Of a stretch of DNA of 64,000 bases, positions 42,590-51,313 are shown piece after piece. Within the stretch, counting starts at the first letter, position 1; each line of letters starts with the position of its first letter. The notes under the pieces are model-generated. The model did no database searches. It saw nothing but the letters and a program-made list of their open reading frames with translations, and was not told where the DNA came from. The stretch lies in NCBI GenBank assembly GCA_963793265.1, contig CAWBZI010000001.1, positions 864,001-928,000 on the forward strand, read 5' to 3'. The DNA is from an uncultured cyanobacterium. GTDB taxonomy: Bacteria; Cyanobacteriota; Cyanobacteriia; Phormidesmidales; Phormidesmidaceae. A program made the position numbers and the translations under genes.

Positions 42590-42853
42590 CTATGCTGTGC
42601 GCTTTGTAACAGCGTAGTAGATGAAGAGGGTTAAGATTGCGCCGAGTACGGCAACGATGACGCTACCTATGCTGAAGGTTGCCGCTACGCCGCCGCCTAT
42701 CAGTGAATACAAGAAGCCACCTACGAACGCACCAATAATACCTAAGATCATGGTGCCTAAAATACCAAGACCCTGATCACCAGGGTAGATAGCACGAGCG
42801 ATCGCGCCAGAGATTAAGCCTAATACAGCCCAAGCGATGAGATTGCCTATCAT
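42590..42853 (-). CDS. GlsB/YeaQ/YmgE family stress-response membrane protein
   Basis: IAWAVLGLISGAIARAIYPG, LGIIGAFVGG, AVLGAIL. Confidence 0.88.
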   Translation of the reverse strand: MIGNLIAWAVLGLISGAIARAIYPGDQGLGILGTMILGIIGAFVGGFLYSLIGGGVAATFSIGSVIVAVLGAILTLFIYYAVTKRTA

Positions 42854-43196
42854 GTGTTTTTCTCCGAATGTGTTGACCAGAAAAGCCCAAACTTAGGCAT
42901 TTCCTTCTGTGTGATTCCACTCTACCGGAACAGAAACTAATCTCAACCCCTCGCAAGAAATAGGACACCCTATACCGTCTGTATGATTTATAACAAAGCC
43001 GTGAGAATCAGTAGGGTTATCCAGGTTCGTTAACTTCGGTTGAGAGCGGTCTGATGGATAACTTACTCAACGCAAGAGCAAACCTGAGCCGTTGCACTTC
43101 AATTTTTAACTTCCACTAAGGGAGGATAGTTTTGATCCCAATTCAGAGTAGTGTTGTAATACTGCATTATTTTTGTTTCAAAAGAGGACAACTTAC

Positions 43197-43370
43197 ATGT
43201 CTGCTTCTTTCCTCCCTTCTATACTCGTGCCTACCGTTGGCCTAGTGTTTCCAGCCATCACCATGGCTGCACTATTCCTCTACATTGAGCGCGGTCAAGC
43301 CACTACCTCAGACGGCACTTCCTCTACCTTTGGCCAAATTTCAGAAGATAGCCAAACAGACGTAGTGTAA
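43197..43370 (+). CDS. psaI: Photosystem I subunit VIII with C-terminal extension
   Basis: [38 protein letters not shown] before ATG 43197. Confidence 0.92.
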   Translation: MSASFLPSILVPTVGLVFPAITMAALFLYIERGQATTSDGTSSTFGQISEDSQTDVV

Positions 43371-43458
43371 TCGCTATCTGAGCGTGCCTAATCTGAGCGC
43401 ACCTATGGGTGAGCGGTTTGACTTGAGCTAAATGGATCAAACAAACTAGCTTAAACAA

Positions 43459-43488
43459 AAAGCGACCCTTCTTTTGAGGGGTCGCTTT
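43459..43488. terminator. Bidirectional terminator between convergent psaI and psbJ
   Basis: AAAGCGACCCTTC-TTTT-GAGGGGTCGCTTT. Confidence 0.8.
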
Positions 43489-43526
43489 CTATGGAATCTA
43501 CTAAGTTCAATGGTGAAGAAGCCGTT

Positions 43527-43646
43527 CTAAATGGCAGAACCGGTTCCCACATAAGAACCATAGAAAAAGATGCCGACAACCACCAGCACGCCTGTGCCAG
43601 CAACGGTCGCAACAATCCACAGGGGAATTTTACCGTTTTGAAACAT
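43527..43646 (-). CDS. psbJ: Photosystem II protein J
   Basis: Hand translation [39 protein letters not shown]; absent from ORF track. Confidence 0.95.
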   Translation of the reverse strand: MFQNGKIPLWIVATVAGTGVLVVVGIFFYGSYVGTGSAI

Positions 43647-43719
43647 GAGACTCTCTCCTACTCACAACGTTAACAATCTTGAGCGCTAGTCTGCCGATTT
43701 AACTTTCTACTTAAAGAAT

Positions 43720-43842
43720 CTAGTTAAAGAAGTAGCTAGAGAACAACAAACCGGTCACAAAGACAACGAGTAAACCTAAAAACAAAGACGTCCGGTTTAG
43801 CTCAACGGGCTGCTTGTTCGGATTAGTGGGTCTATCAGCCAT
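43720..43842 (-). CDS. psbL: Photosystem II protein L
   Basis: Hand translation [40 protein letters not shown]. Confidence 0.96.
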   Translation of the reverse strand: MADRPTNPNKQPVELNRTSLFLGLLVVFVTGLLFSSYFFN

Positions 43843-43881
43843 GGGGTATCTCCTTTGTATAGAGGGCTTAGTGTATGAGGG

Positions 43882-44016
43882 CTATCGTTGGATGAACTGC
43901 ATCGCGGCGATCGCGCCTAAAAAGAACACCGAAGGCACAGCCAAAGCATGAACGCTCAGCCATCTGACGGTAAAAATGGGATAAGTAATCGGCTCGTTAG
44001 GGTTTCCACTGGTCAT
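43882..44016 (-). CDS. psbF: Cytochrome b559 beta subunit
   Basis: Hand translation [44 protein letters not shown]. Confidence 0.97.
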   Translation of the reverse strand: MTSGNPNEPITYPIFTVRWLSVHALAVPSVFFLGAIAAMQFIQR

Positions 44017-44071
44017 GGCAAATCTCCAAAAGTATCTTCTTTAAGTTTGTTTTAAGCTGCTCGCACGTTAA

Positions 44072-44308
44072 CTATCGAGGCAATACAGTATCGGGGTTAT
44101 ATCGATTGTCGATAATGGGCATTTCCATTTCGTTACTGGGATAGTACTCGTTAGGGCGAGGCGTGCCAAATGCGTCGTACGCCAAGCCTGTCGAAACAAA
44201 TAACCAGCCTGCAATAAACAAAGCAGGAATTGTGATGCTGTGAATAATCCAGTAGCGAATACTCGTTACAATGTCGCCAAAAGGTCTTTCACCGGTATCG
44301 CCAGCCAT
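44072..44308 (-). CDS. psbE: Cytochrome b559 alpha subunit
   Basis: [49 protein letters not shown]. Confidence 0.97.
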   Translation of the reverse strand: MAGDTGERPFGDIVTSIRYWIIHSITIPALFIAGWLFVSTGLAYDAFGTPRPNEYYPSNEMEMPIIDNRYNPDTVLPR

Positions 44309-44466
44309 ATCTTTAAGTCTCCTAAACTAAAGCAAATCAACACGTAACATCTATCATACGAAACTCTTTGCGCTCCTCACAACAAATCCATCGCAATTTC
44401 GGAAATGAAATGGGAAAGTGCCCTCCCTCATAGGTAATAAAACCTAGTGAGAAGAGGGCATATATC

Positions 44467-45537
44467 CTAAGCAGTCGGCGCAGATGCCATTGGCTCTTCT
44501 TCATAGCGCAGCAAGTAGCCCCGCTGACCTAAGACATAGCCTCGGTCTGTGCCTAGAAACTTAATGCGATAGAAGTTCGTTGGCACGTTTTCCACGGCCT
44601 TATCTTTAGCCCAAGTCTCACCGCCGTCGCTGCTCACAAGCAAGTTGCCGCTACCGCCCGTTACCCAAAGCTCTTCAGGCGTCCGATAGGCCATATCCAA
44701 CAGGCCCCAGCTAGAGGCAAATTCAGGATTAATAGGCTCTGTAAAGTCTTCGTACTCAACGCTCTCAGTCCCAAACTGCATCTGACCACCGCGAGCAATC
44801 AGCCACAGCAGGCCGTCTTTGTTAAAGCCCATATTTTGTAGGCGCTTAGAGTTTTCTCTGTTGTGAGGCTGCCAGGCGTCCTGACCCGGTAGCCACGTGG
44901 AGTAAAAGTTACCCCGCGCTGATACGGCAACGTAGCGACCTTCAGAATCGCGCGTCATGTTGCGCACTACGCCTACCGCCGACTGTACCAAGCCTTTCCA
45001 CTGCTGACCGCCGTCTTTGGTCACATAGATAGCGCCAATGTCTGTTGCTAGCTCAGCCGATTTCTTGCCGGTTGCCGTCACCAATAGCGGCTGACCCGGC
45101 AATTGCGGATCGAGCGGAATATTCGACCAGGAAGTACCGCCATCGGTGGTGTGCAGCATGATGTTGGGTTGACCTACTAGCCAACCTTCATCACCTTCAA
45201 AATCGATTGAGGTAAACGTGTACTGCTGTTCACCTAGCTCTAATATTCTGGGCTCCCAGGTTTTACCAGCGTCTGTCGATTCAAGTAGCGTCGTGCGGCT
45301 ACCGACTAGCCAGCCGTGTTCGCCATCCGAGGCAAAGGCCACGTCTGAAATTGACGCCTCAGTAGGTAGAGCAATCACTTCCCAAGGGTTCGTCTCAGTT
45401 TCAGCTAAAAATATCTTATTGCAACTAGTCGCTAACAGTGCGACCATCACCAGCACAAAGCTTTGTCTAAAGACCGCTTTTAATCTGCCTTTATCTATCG
45501 TTTTTCTTACGTGTTCTAAAACCGTCTGCATGACCAC
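44467..45537 (-). CDS. ycf48: PSII assembly factor Ycf48/Hcf136
   Basis: BNR repeats (STDAGKTW, TTDGGTSW), VSARGNFY, RLQNMGF; between rubA and psbE; exact start uncertain. Confidence 0.93.
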   Translation of the reverse strand: MVMQTVLEHVRKTIDKGRLKAVFRQSFVLVMVALLATSCNKIFLAETETNPWEVIALPTEASISDVAFASDGEHGWLVGSRTTLLESTDAGKTWEPRILELGEQQYTFTSIDFEGDEGWLVGQPNIMLHTTDGGTSWSNIPLDPQLPGQPLLVTATGKKSAELATDIGAIYVTKDGGQQWKGLVQSAVGVVRNMTRDSEGRYVAVSARGNFYSTWLPGQDAWQPHNRENSKRLQNMGFNKDGLLWLIARGGQMQFGTESVEYEDFTEPINPEFASSWGLLDMAYRTPEELWVTGGSGNLLVSSDGGETWAKDKAVENVPTNFYRIKFLGTDRGYVLGQRGYLLRYEEEPMASAPTA

Positions 45538-45627
45538 TCCAGCAAAAATCCAATCCAGTAAAAATCAGTCTATATAAAGATGCGAGCCGTTTGAGAGCGC
45601 ATCTGTGTAACAAGCCGTAGAAGGCTC

Positions 45628-46098
45628 TTATTGCAAGCCGTAGAGGCTTAGAAAGAAGAGCACGCCTAAGCCCAAAGCGCCAAAAATCAGCAGGTTCTTT
45701 TGCCCCGGCGTCAGTGTGTTCACGCCGAATCCATAGTTCAAATTCTCTTTAAACCCAGAAGCGGTACCGACCGGGCCGATGTTGCTAAATTGCGTAGTGC
45801 TAGAGCCACACACCGGGCAGCGCCACTCTTTGGGCAGCGCTCTAAACTCAATGCCAGGTGGGATTTCGCTGCGGTTGTCGCCTTTTGCAGGCTCGTAGGT
45901 GTAGCCGCAAGAGCGACACTCAAAGCAGTCCATCTCAGCAGGTGTTAGCGGCTTTGGTGGCGCTTCTGGGTCGGCCTCTGGGTCGGCTGCTGGCTTGACG
46001 GCTGGCTGAGGCGATTCCTCAGTTTTAACTAGCGGAATCATCTCTTCGACAGGCGGCGACTGCTCTGGGTCGAGATTAGATGGTGGCTCTGTGCTCAT
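45628..46098 (-). CDS. rubA: Membrane-anchored rubredoxin
   Basis: ECRSCGYTY, WRCPVC, C-terminal TM QKNLLIFG; Pro/Glu-rich N-terminus. Confidence 0.93.
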   Translation of the reverse strand: MSTEPPSNLDPEQSPPVEEMIPLVKTEESPQPAVKPAADPEADPEAPPKPLTPAEMDCFECRSCGYTYEPAKGDNRSEIPPGIEFRALPKEWRCPVCGSSTTQFSNIGPVGTASGFKENLNYGFGVNTLTPGQKNLLIFGALGLGVLFFLSLYGLQ

Positions 46099-46366
46099 TG
46101 CTTAGGGTGAGAGTTGGAAGGGCGAAATTGCGAAAGGTGAGATAAAAAATATGAGAATATCTGTTAACTATTATTGCATACGGCGGGTTTCATCTAGGCC
46201 ACTACGCCTTTAGCGGTAGCGATTTTACAGCGAGCCTAGTCACAAAAAGGGTCGCTTCTGAAAGAATGCGGTTCTATCGCAAAATCCAGCTTAGAAATTT
46301 AGGAGCCAGAGAGAACCGAGGCCGCTACAATAAGAGGGATTTTAGAAGAATTGAAGGCGATCGCGT

Positions 46367-46729
46367 GTGTTTGTTTTAAGTGGATACGAATACTTTCTCG
46401 GCTTCTTGCTGATCAGTAGCTTAGTGCCCGTTGTCGCATTAGGCGCATCTAAACTGCTCAGACCTGCCAACGCAGGGCCAGCGAGTCGCACAACCTACGA
46501 ATCAGGCTGCGAACCGATTGGTGGGGCCTGGATTCAGTTCAACATTCGCTACTATATGTTTGCACTGGTATTCGTTATTTTTGACGTAGAAACAGTGTTT
46601 TTGTACCCTTGGGCAGTCGCCTTTCACACGCTTGGGGTTTTAGCTTTTGTAGAGGCGCTAATTTTTATCGCGATTTTGGTCGTTGGCCTAGTGTACGCAT
46701 GGCGTAAAGGAGCATTGGAGTGGTCGTAA
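46367..46729 (+). CDS. ndhC: NDH-1 subunit 3
   Basis: [43 protein letters not shown]. Confidence 0.97.
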   Translation: MFVLSGYEYFLGFLLISSLVPVVALGASKLLRPANAGPASRTTYESGCEPIGGAWIQFNIRYYMFALVFVIFDVETVFLYPWAVAFHTLGVLAFVEALIFIAILVVGLVYAWRKGALEWS

Positions 46730-47526
46730 ACTCAGATATGGCATCAGGAATGAAAGCAGGATCTTTGCAGGGCAAAGGCAGAAACATGCTGCTAGACGGG
46801 ATGAACCCCGGCGAGCGGATTATGAACCCTGCGCAAAATGCAGGGATTACACAAGACTTGTCAGAGAACGTCATCATGACGACGGTCGATGACCTCTATA
46901 ACTGGACGCGGCTATCGAGCCTGTTTCCTCTTTTGTACGGAACGGCCTGCTGCTTCATTGAGTTTGCAGCGCTGCTGGGTTCTCGCTTCGACTTTGACCG
47001 CTTTGGCTTGGCTCCTCGGGCCAGCCCCCGCCAGGCAGACTTAATTATCGTGGCCGGTACTGTGACTATGAAAATGGCACCCGCGCTGGTTCGCCTATAC
47101 GAGCAAATGCCAAAGCCTGCCTACGTGATGGCGATGGGTGCTTGCACGATTACCGGCGGTATGTTTAGCTCTGATTCGCCAACGGCGTTGCGTGGTGTAG
47201 ACAAAATTATTCCTGTGGATGTTTACATTCCAGGCTGTCCGCCCCGCCCTGAGGCGATTTTTGATGCAATTATCAAGCTGCGTAAGAAGATTGCCAATGA
47301 GTCTATGCAGGAGCGCGGCCAGTTTGAAAGTACTCACCGCTTCTATACGCGCGACCACAGCATGAAGGTGGTTTCACCTATTCTGACTGGCAAATATTTG
47401 GCTTCTGGTACTAGAGAGGAGCCGACTCGTGAGCTGATGGCAGCAATGGGTATGCCGGTTTCACCTGATAAGCGTAATGCTGAGGTGGAAGGTGTGGAGC
47501 TAGACGACAGTAAGGAGAAAGCGTAG
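46720..47526 (+). CDS. ndhK: NDH-1 subunit K
   Basis: [34 protein letters not shown]; start uncertain. Confidence 0.96.
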   Translation: MVVNSDMASGMKAGSLQGKGRNMLLDGMNPGERIMNPAQNAGITQDLSENVIMTTVDDLYNWTRLSSLFPLLYGTACCFIEFAALLGSRFDFDRFGLAPRASPRQADLIIVAGTVTMKMAPALVRLYEQMPKPAYVMAMGACTITGGMFSSDSPTALRGVDKIIPVDVYIPGCPPRPEAIFDAIIKLRKKIANESMQERGQFESTHRFYTRDHSMKVVSPILTGKYLASGTREEPTRELMAAMGMPVSPDKRNAEVEGVELDDSKEKA

Positions 47527-48057
47527 ATGGCAGATACAGAAGAGAAGAAAGCAGAAGGCACAGAAGAAACGGCCATTGTCGAAGCTGGTGAGGTATCTAC
47601 CTGGCTTAGTGAGCAAGGGTTTCAGCATGAGACTTTAGAGCGTGACCACTCTGGAGTGGAAGTGTTAAAGGTTGAGCCTGATTTTTTACTGCCTTTTGCA
47701 ACTGCGCTGTATGCCAACGGCTTTAACTATTTGCGCTGTCAGTGTGCTTACGATTCTGGCCCCGGTCAGGATTTGGTGAGCGTGTACGACCTTACTAAGA
47801 TGACTGATGATGCAGACGCGCCATCAGAGGTACGAATCAAATGCTTTTTGCCGCGTGAGAATCCTAGAATCTCCTCGGTGTATTGGATTTGGAAGGCGGC
47901 TGACTGGCAAGAGCGCGAGTGCTATGACATGTATGGCATCATCTATGACGGACATCCAAACTTGAAGCGACTGCTGATGCCTGAAGATTGGGAGGGCTTT
48001 CCGCTACGGAAGGACTATATTTCTCCTGACTTTTATGAGCTGCAAGATGCTTATTAG
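47527..48057 (+). CDS. ndhJ: NDH-1 subunit J
   Basis: [40 protein letters not shown]. Confidence 0.96.
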   Translation: MADTEEKKAEGTEETAIVEAGEVSTWLSEQGFQHETLERDHSGVEVLKVEPDFLLPFATALYANGFNYLRCQCAYDSGPGQDLVSVYDLTKMTDDADAPSEVRIKCFLPRENPRISSVYWIWKAADWQERECYDMYGIIYDGHPNLKRLLMPEDWEGFPLRKDYISPDFYELQDAY

Positions 48058-48105
48058 GCAAGGCGCTTATTAGGACAGTCGTGGATTGTTGAAATAGCAG
48101 ACGGA

Positions 48106-48129
48106 GGGCGTAAAGCCTTACGCCCCTAC
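48106..48129 (-). repeat. GTAG-type REP-like hairpin
   Basis: Minus strand GTAG-GGGCGTAA-GGCT-TTACGCCC in a convergent intergenic region; single copy in window. Confidence 0.6.
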
Positions 48130-48220
48130 AGTTGATTCTGTGGGGGTTTCGATGTTTTATGATCCAGTGCAGCGAATATTGCTACTAGCGACATCCTATT
48201 AGGGACAGTTCTTTAACAAT

Positions 48221-49147
48221 CTAGCCTGCCGGGAAATAAGTGCGGGCAGGCGCAAATATCTGCTCAGCTCTTTCAGAACCGAAGTAGCGCCAGTGCCAGG
48301 GCTCAAAGGTGACGCCCTGCGTATTGCCTTTGGGAAAAGACTCTTCAAATCCATAAGCGTAAGCGTTTGTCTTTAGCCACCGGTAGGCTGCTGTATTTTC
48401 AAAGCTGTACTTGATGTCGGTATTGGGCTGATCGGCATCGGCAATGTCTATAGCGTAGCCGGTATGATGTTCACTATGGCCAGGCGGTGCACTGTACCTA
48501 GCAGCCTCAGCCTCACTGCCTTTGCGCTCAACCTGATTTTCAAATAGCTGCGCTTGATCGGCAAAGGTGCGAAATCCTGAAATTGGCATGATGTTGATAC
48601 CTTCAGCAGCAGCAGCAGCTCGCATGTTAGCAAAGGACTGTACAGCTTCGAAGTCTAGAGATTCGGCGCGCTCATAAGATTCGCGGACGAAAGAACCCAC
48701 GCTCTCTAACCTAGCTGGATTGTTTTCGGCGTAGGGCAAGTGGTTGAAGGCGTCACCAGATATGCCTGCTGAAGGGATTTTAGGGGCACCTGCGATCGCC
48801 CCCGCCCCTAAAGAACCCACCGACTGCTCACCCAGATCCTCTTGAGGATAAGCACTTTCATCGGGCAGATTAAAGGTCGAGTCTGTGCCAGAGGGAACGG
48901 GAATAGGCTTAGGAACTCTACCTGGAATAATATCTGGGCTGGGTTTGATAGCGGCCTGTGAGCTATTTTCGTCAGCGAGGGGCGATCGCGTATCGTTCAA
49001 AGCTGCCTCAGGCTCTTTATTTCTCAACAGGCTACTTTCCAAAACGCTCGCTCTGAGCGTCAGCCCACCCAGCACAATTACAACAGCGGTGATGCAGGAG
49101 ATCGCAACGTAGAGCGTCGACTTAGGAATAGAGTGAAAAAGCTTCAT
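48221..49147 (-). CDS. D-Ala-D-Ala carboxypeptidase (VanY / peptidase M15B)
   Basis: ISGFR, SAPPGHSEHHTGYAID, EPWHWRY; N-terminal TM and Pro-rich linker. Confidence 0.9.
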   Translation of the reverse strand: MKLFHSIPKSTLYVAISCITAVVIVLGGLTLRASVLESSLLRNKEPEAALNDTRSPLADENSSQAAIKPSPDIIPGRVPKPIPVPSGTDSTFNLPDESAYPQEDLGEQSVGSLGAGAIAGAPKIPSAGISGDAFNHLPYAENNPARLESVGSFVRESYERAESLDFEAVQSFANMRAAAAAEGINIMPISGFRTFADQAQLFENQVERKGSEAEAARYSAPPGHSEHHTGYAIDIADADQPNTDIKYSFENTAAYRWLKTNAYAYGFEESFPKGNTQGVTFEPWHWRYFGSERAEQIFAPARTYFPAG

Positions 49148-49217
49148 CGACAGAGCACCAGGCCAAAAGGGCGAGAATAATCGTTACGTCTAGTTGATTG
49201 TACCTAGCCGATTGTAC

Positions 49218-51089
49218 TTAATCCGGGCTGACAAGCTGCGCGGCGATCCAACCGCTTGCGCCCGACTTTGGGAAATAGACCTCATGCCAGCTATAGCCGC
49301 CTGAGTCTTTAGCAGAGTTGCGAATGACGACGCGATCGCCCGGATAAGCGATATGCGCCACCTCATAATCAGTGCCAGGGCCAGAGCGAATATTTTTACT
49401 GCCTGCCTGACCCGCAATCGCAGCATTGGTATTATCCGCTGGCGGCTGTGGTTTGGCCTGCTGTGGTCTAGACTGCTGTGGCGGTGCAGCGTCGCCATCT
49501 ACTTGAATGAGCTGCCCGGCTATCCAGCCCGAATTACCACTGGGCACCAGCACTCGATACCAGGGATTGCCGCCCGAGTCACTGCTGCGGTCTACGACTT
49601 TGACGCGATCGCCCACCCGCACCGAATCGACCACACCGTAGGTCGTACTTGGCCCCGAGCGAATATTCTTACTCCCCGGCTGCCCCACAATTGAGCTATT
49701 AGACCCCGGTACCGATGCCGTTTGAGGTGGAGCCGGGACAGAAGGAGCCACGGGTGTCGGCGGTGGAATTTCAAGATCAGCCGTTGGGTCTTCGGCCTCT
49801 GTTTCACCAGACTCCACTTCCGGGTCTTCAGCTGGGCTCACCTCAGCAGAGTTATCTGGGCTAGCATCCGCAGCCCCCGGTAGCCGATCCATTACGACCA
49901 GAGCCCCTAGCAGCACGCTAAAGCCAACCATACCGCCGATAATTACGGCATTTTTCCACTGCCCGGAAGACTGCGCAGGCTGAATTCCAGAGGGCACCGC
50001 CGCTGCATACGAACCTGTCGGCGGCACGGCCATTTGAGTATTGGCGCTGTTAGGACTTTGATAGCTAGCGCTTTGATAGCCAGTGCTTTGATAGCCAGAG
50101 GCAGCAGCAGGCGCAACAGCCGCCGTCGAATAGGCTGAGTCGGGCGAGCCAGGCGGCGCAGAAATAATCGTCTGCGAAGACTGCCTGGTTTCAGGAATGC
50201 CGCCATCGCTATGCGGCACTGGCGTTGCCGCTGTCATACCGTTCAAAATTAGGCCATTCAAGATAGACAGCATTTCTTGAACGACCGGAAACCGACTTTG
50301 CGCGCTCATATGAATGGCACAGTCTAAAAAATTACCAAACTCAGGCGTCAGATTGGGCGCATACTGCCGCCACAGCAGCTCGCCAGTTCTCGGATCAATC
50401 TCTAGCTCCTGCGGAATTTTGCCCGTGAGCGCATAAATCGCCGTCATCCCAAGGCTGTAAAGATCGCTAGCAAAAACAGGACGGCCCGATAGCTGCTCAG
50501 CAGGCATATAGCCAGGCGTGCCGACCACAATAGAGTGTGAGCTGTGGGCGTGGCTGTCGATGATGGTGTTCATCGTTTCTTTCACTGCACCGAAGTCGAT
50601 CAGCACCGGCTTGCCGTCTTTTTGTCGCAGAATTATGTTGTCAGGCTTAATATCGCGATGCACAATGCCTTCGCTATGGACATGAGCAACCACGGGCAGT
50701 AGATTTGCCAGAATGTTTTGTACCGCTCTCTCAGGCAATGGCCCTTCCTTTTGCACGCGCTGCGTTAGCGTATCGCCTTGCACCCATTCTTCAACCAGAT
50801 AAAACTGATCGGCTTCTGAGAAATAGGCGTACAGGCGCGGAATTTGCTCATGGCCTTCGCCCAGCTTTTCTAAGATGGCCGCTTCGCGCTGAAAGCGATC
50901 TTTCACCATCTGGCTCGTCTGCGGATTGTCATGAACCGGCTTAAGCTGCTTGAGCACACACTGACGGTTAGACGGCATCTGCGTGTCTTCGACTAAAAAC
51001 GTTTTACCAAAGCCGCCATCGCCCAACACGTTCAAGACCCGATAGCGATTGCTCAGTGTTACAGGCGTCATGTCCTCTGGAGATGCCAT
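49218..51089 (-). CDS. Membrane Ser/Thr kinase with two C-terminal SH3b domains
   Basis: GDGGFG, HRDIKPDN, DFG, GTPGYMPAEQ; single TM; two KNIRSGP...W..V...SGWIA repeats. Confidence 0.9.
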   Translation of the reverse strand: MASPEDMTPVTLSNRYRVLNVLGDGGFGKTFLVEDTQMPSNRQCVLKQLKPVHDNPQTSQMVKDRFQREAAILEKLGEGHEQIPRLYAYFSEADQFYLVEEWVQGDTLTQRVQKEGPLPERAVQNILANLLPVVAHVHSEGIVHRDIKPDNIILRQKDGKPVLIDFGAVKETMNTIIDSHAHSSHSIVVGTPGYMPAEQLSGRPVFASDLYSLGMTAIYALTGKIPQELEIDPRTGELLWRQYAPNLTPEFGNFLDCAIHMSAQSRFPVVQEMLSILNGLILNGMTAATPVPHSDGGIPETRQSSQTIISAPPGSPDSAYSTAAVAPAAASGYQSTGYQSASYQSPNSANTQMAVPPTGSYAAAVPSGIQPAQSSGQWKNAVIIGGMVGFSVLLGALVVMDRLPGAADASPDNSAEVSPAEDPEVESGETEAEDPTADLEIPPPTPVAPSVPAPPQTASVPGSNSSIVGQPGSKNIRSGPSTTYGVVDSVRVGDRVKVVDRSSDSGGNPWYRVLVPSGNSGWIAGQLIQVDGDAAPPQQSRPQQAKPQPPADNTNAAIAGQAGSKNIRSGPGTDYEVAHIAYPGDRVVIRNSAKDSGGYSWHEVYFPKSGASGWIAAQLVSPD

Positions 51090-51313
51090 CGCTTCGTTCC
51101 TAATAAATAATGAAAATATGAGATTGCTTGCAGACCGATAAAACGCAGCAATTAGTCGTTAATACGCCGTTTACTAGCCTTATTCCCGATATATGAGTCT
51201 AAGAGAATTAGCCTTTACTTTAAAGGCTGTTATAGCGAAGGGAGCGTTTATTTACACAAACTGCACAATGCTGGTTGAATGGCTCTAAGGCAACTCCTGA
51301 ACGCAAGGCTGCT

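Noticed and set aside
43491..43673. 60-aa plus-strand ORF
   Set aside because: Antisense shadow of psbJ
43527..48057. psbEFLJ-ycf48-rubA-ndhCKJ clustering and the ndhC/ndhK overlap
   Set aside because: Conserved, known cyanobacterial arrangement
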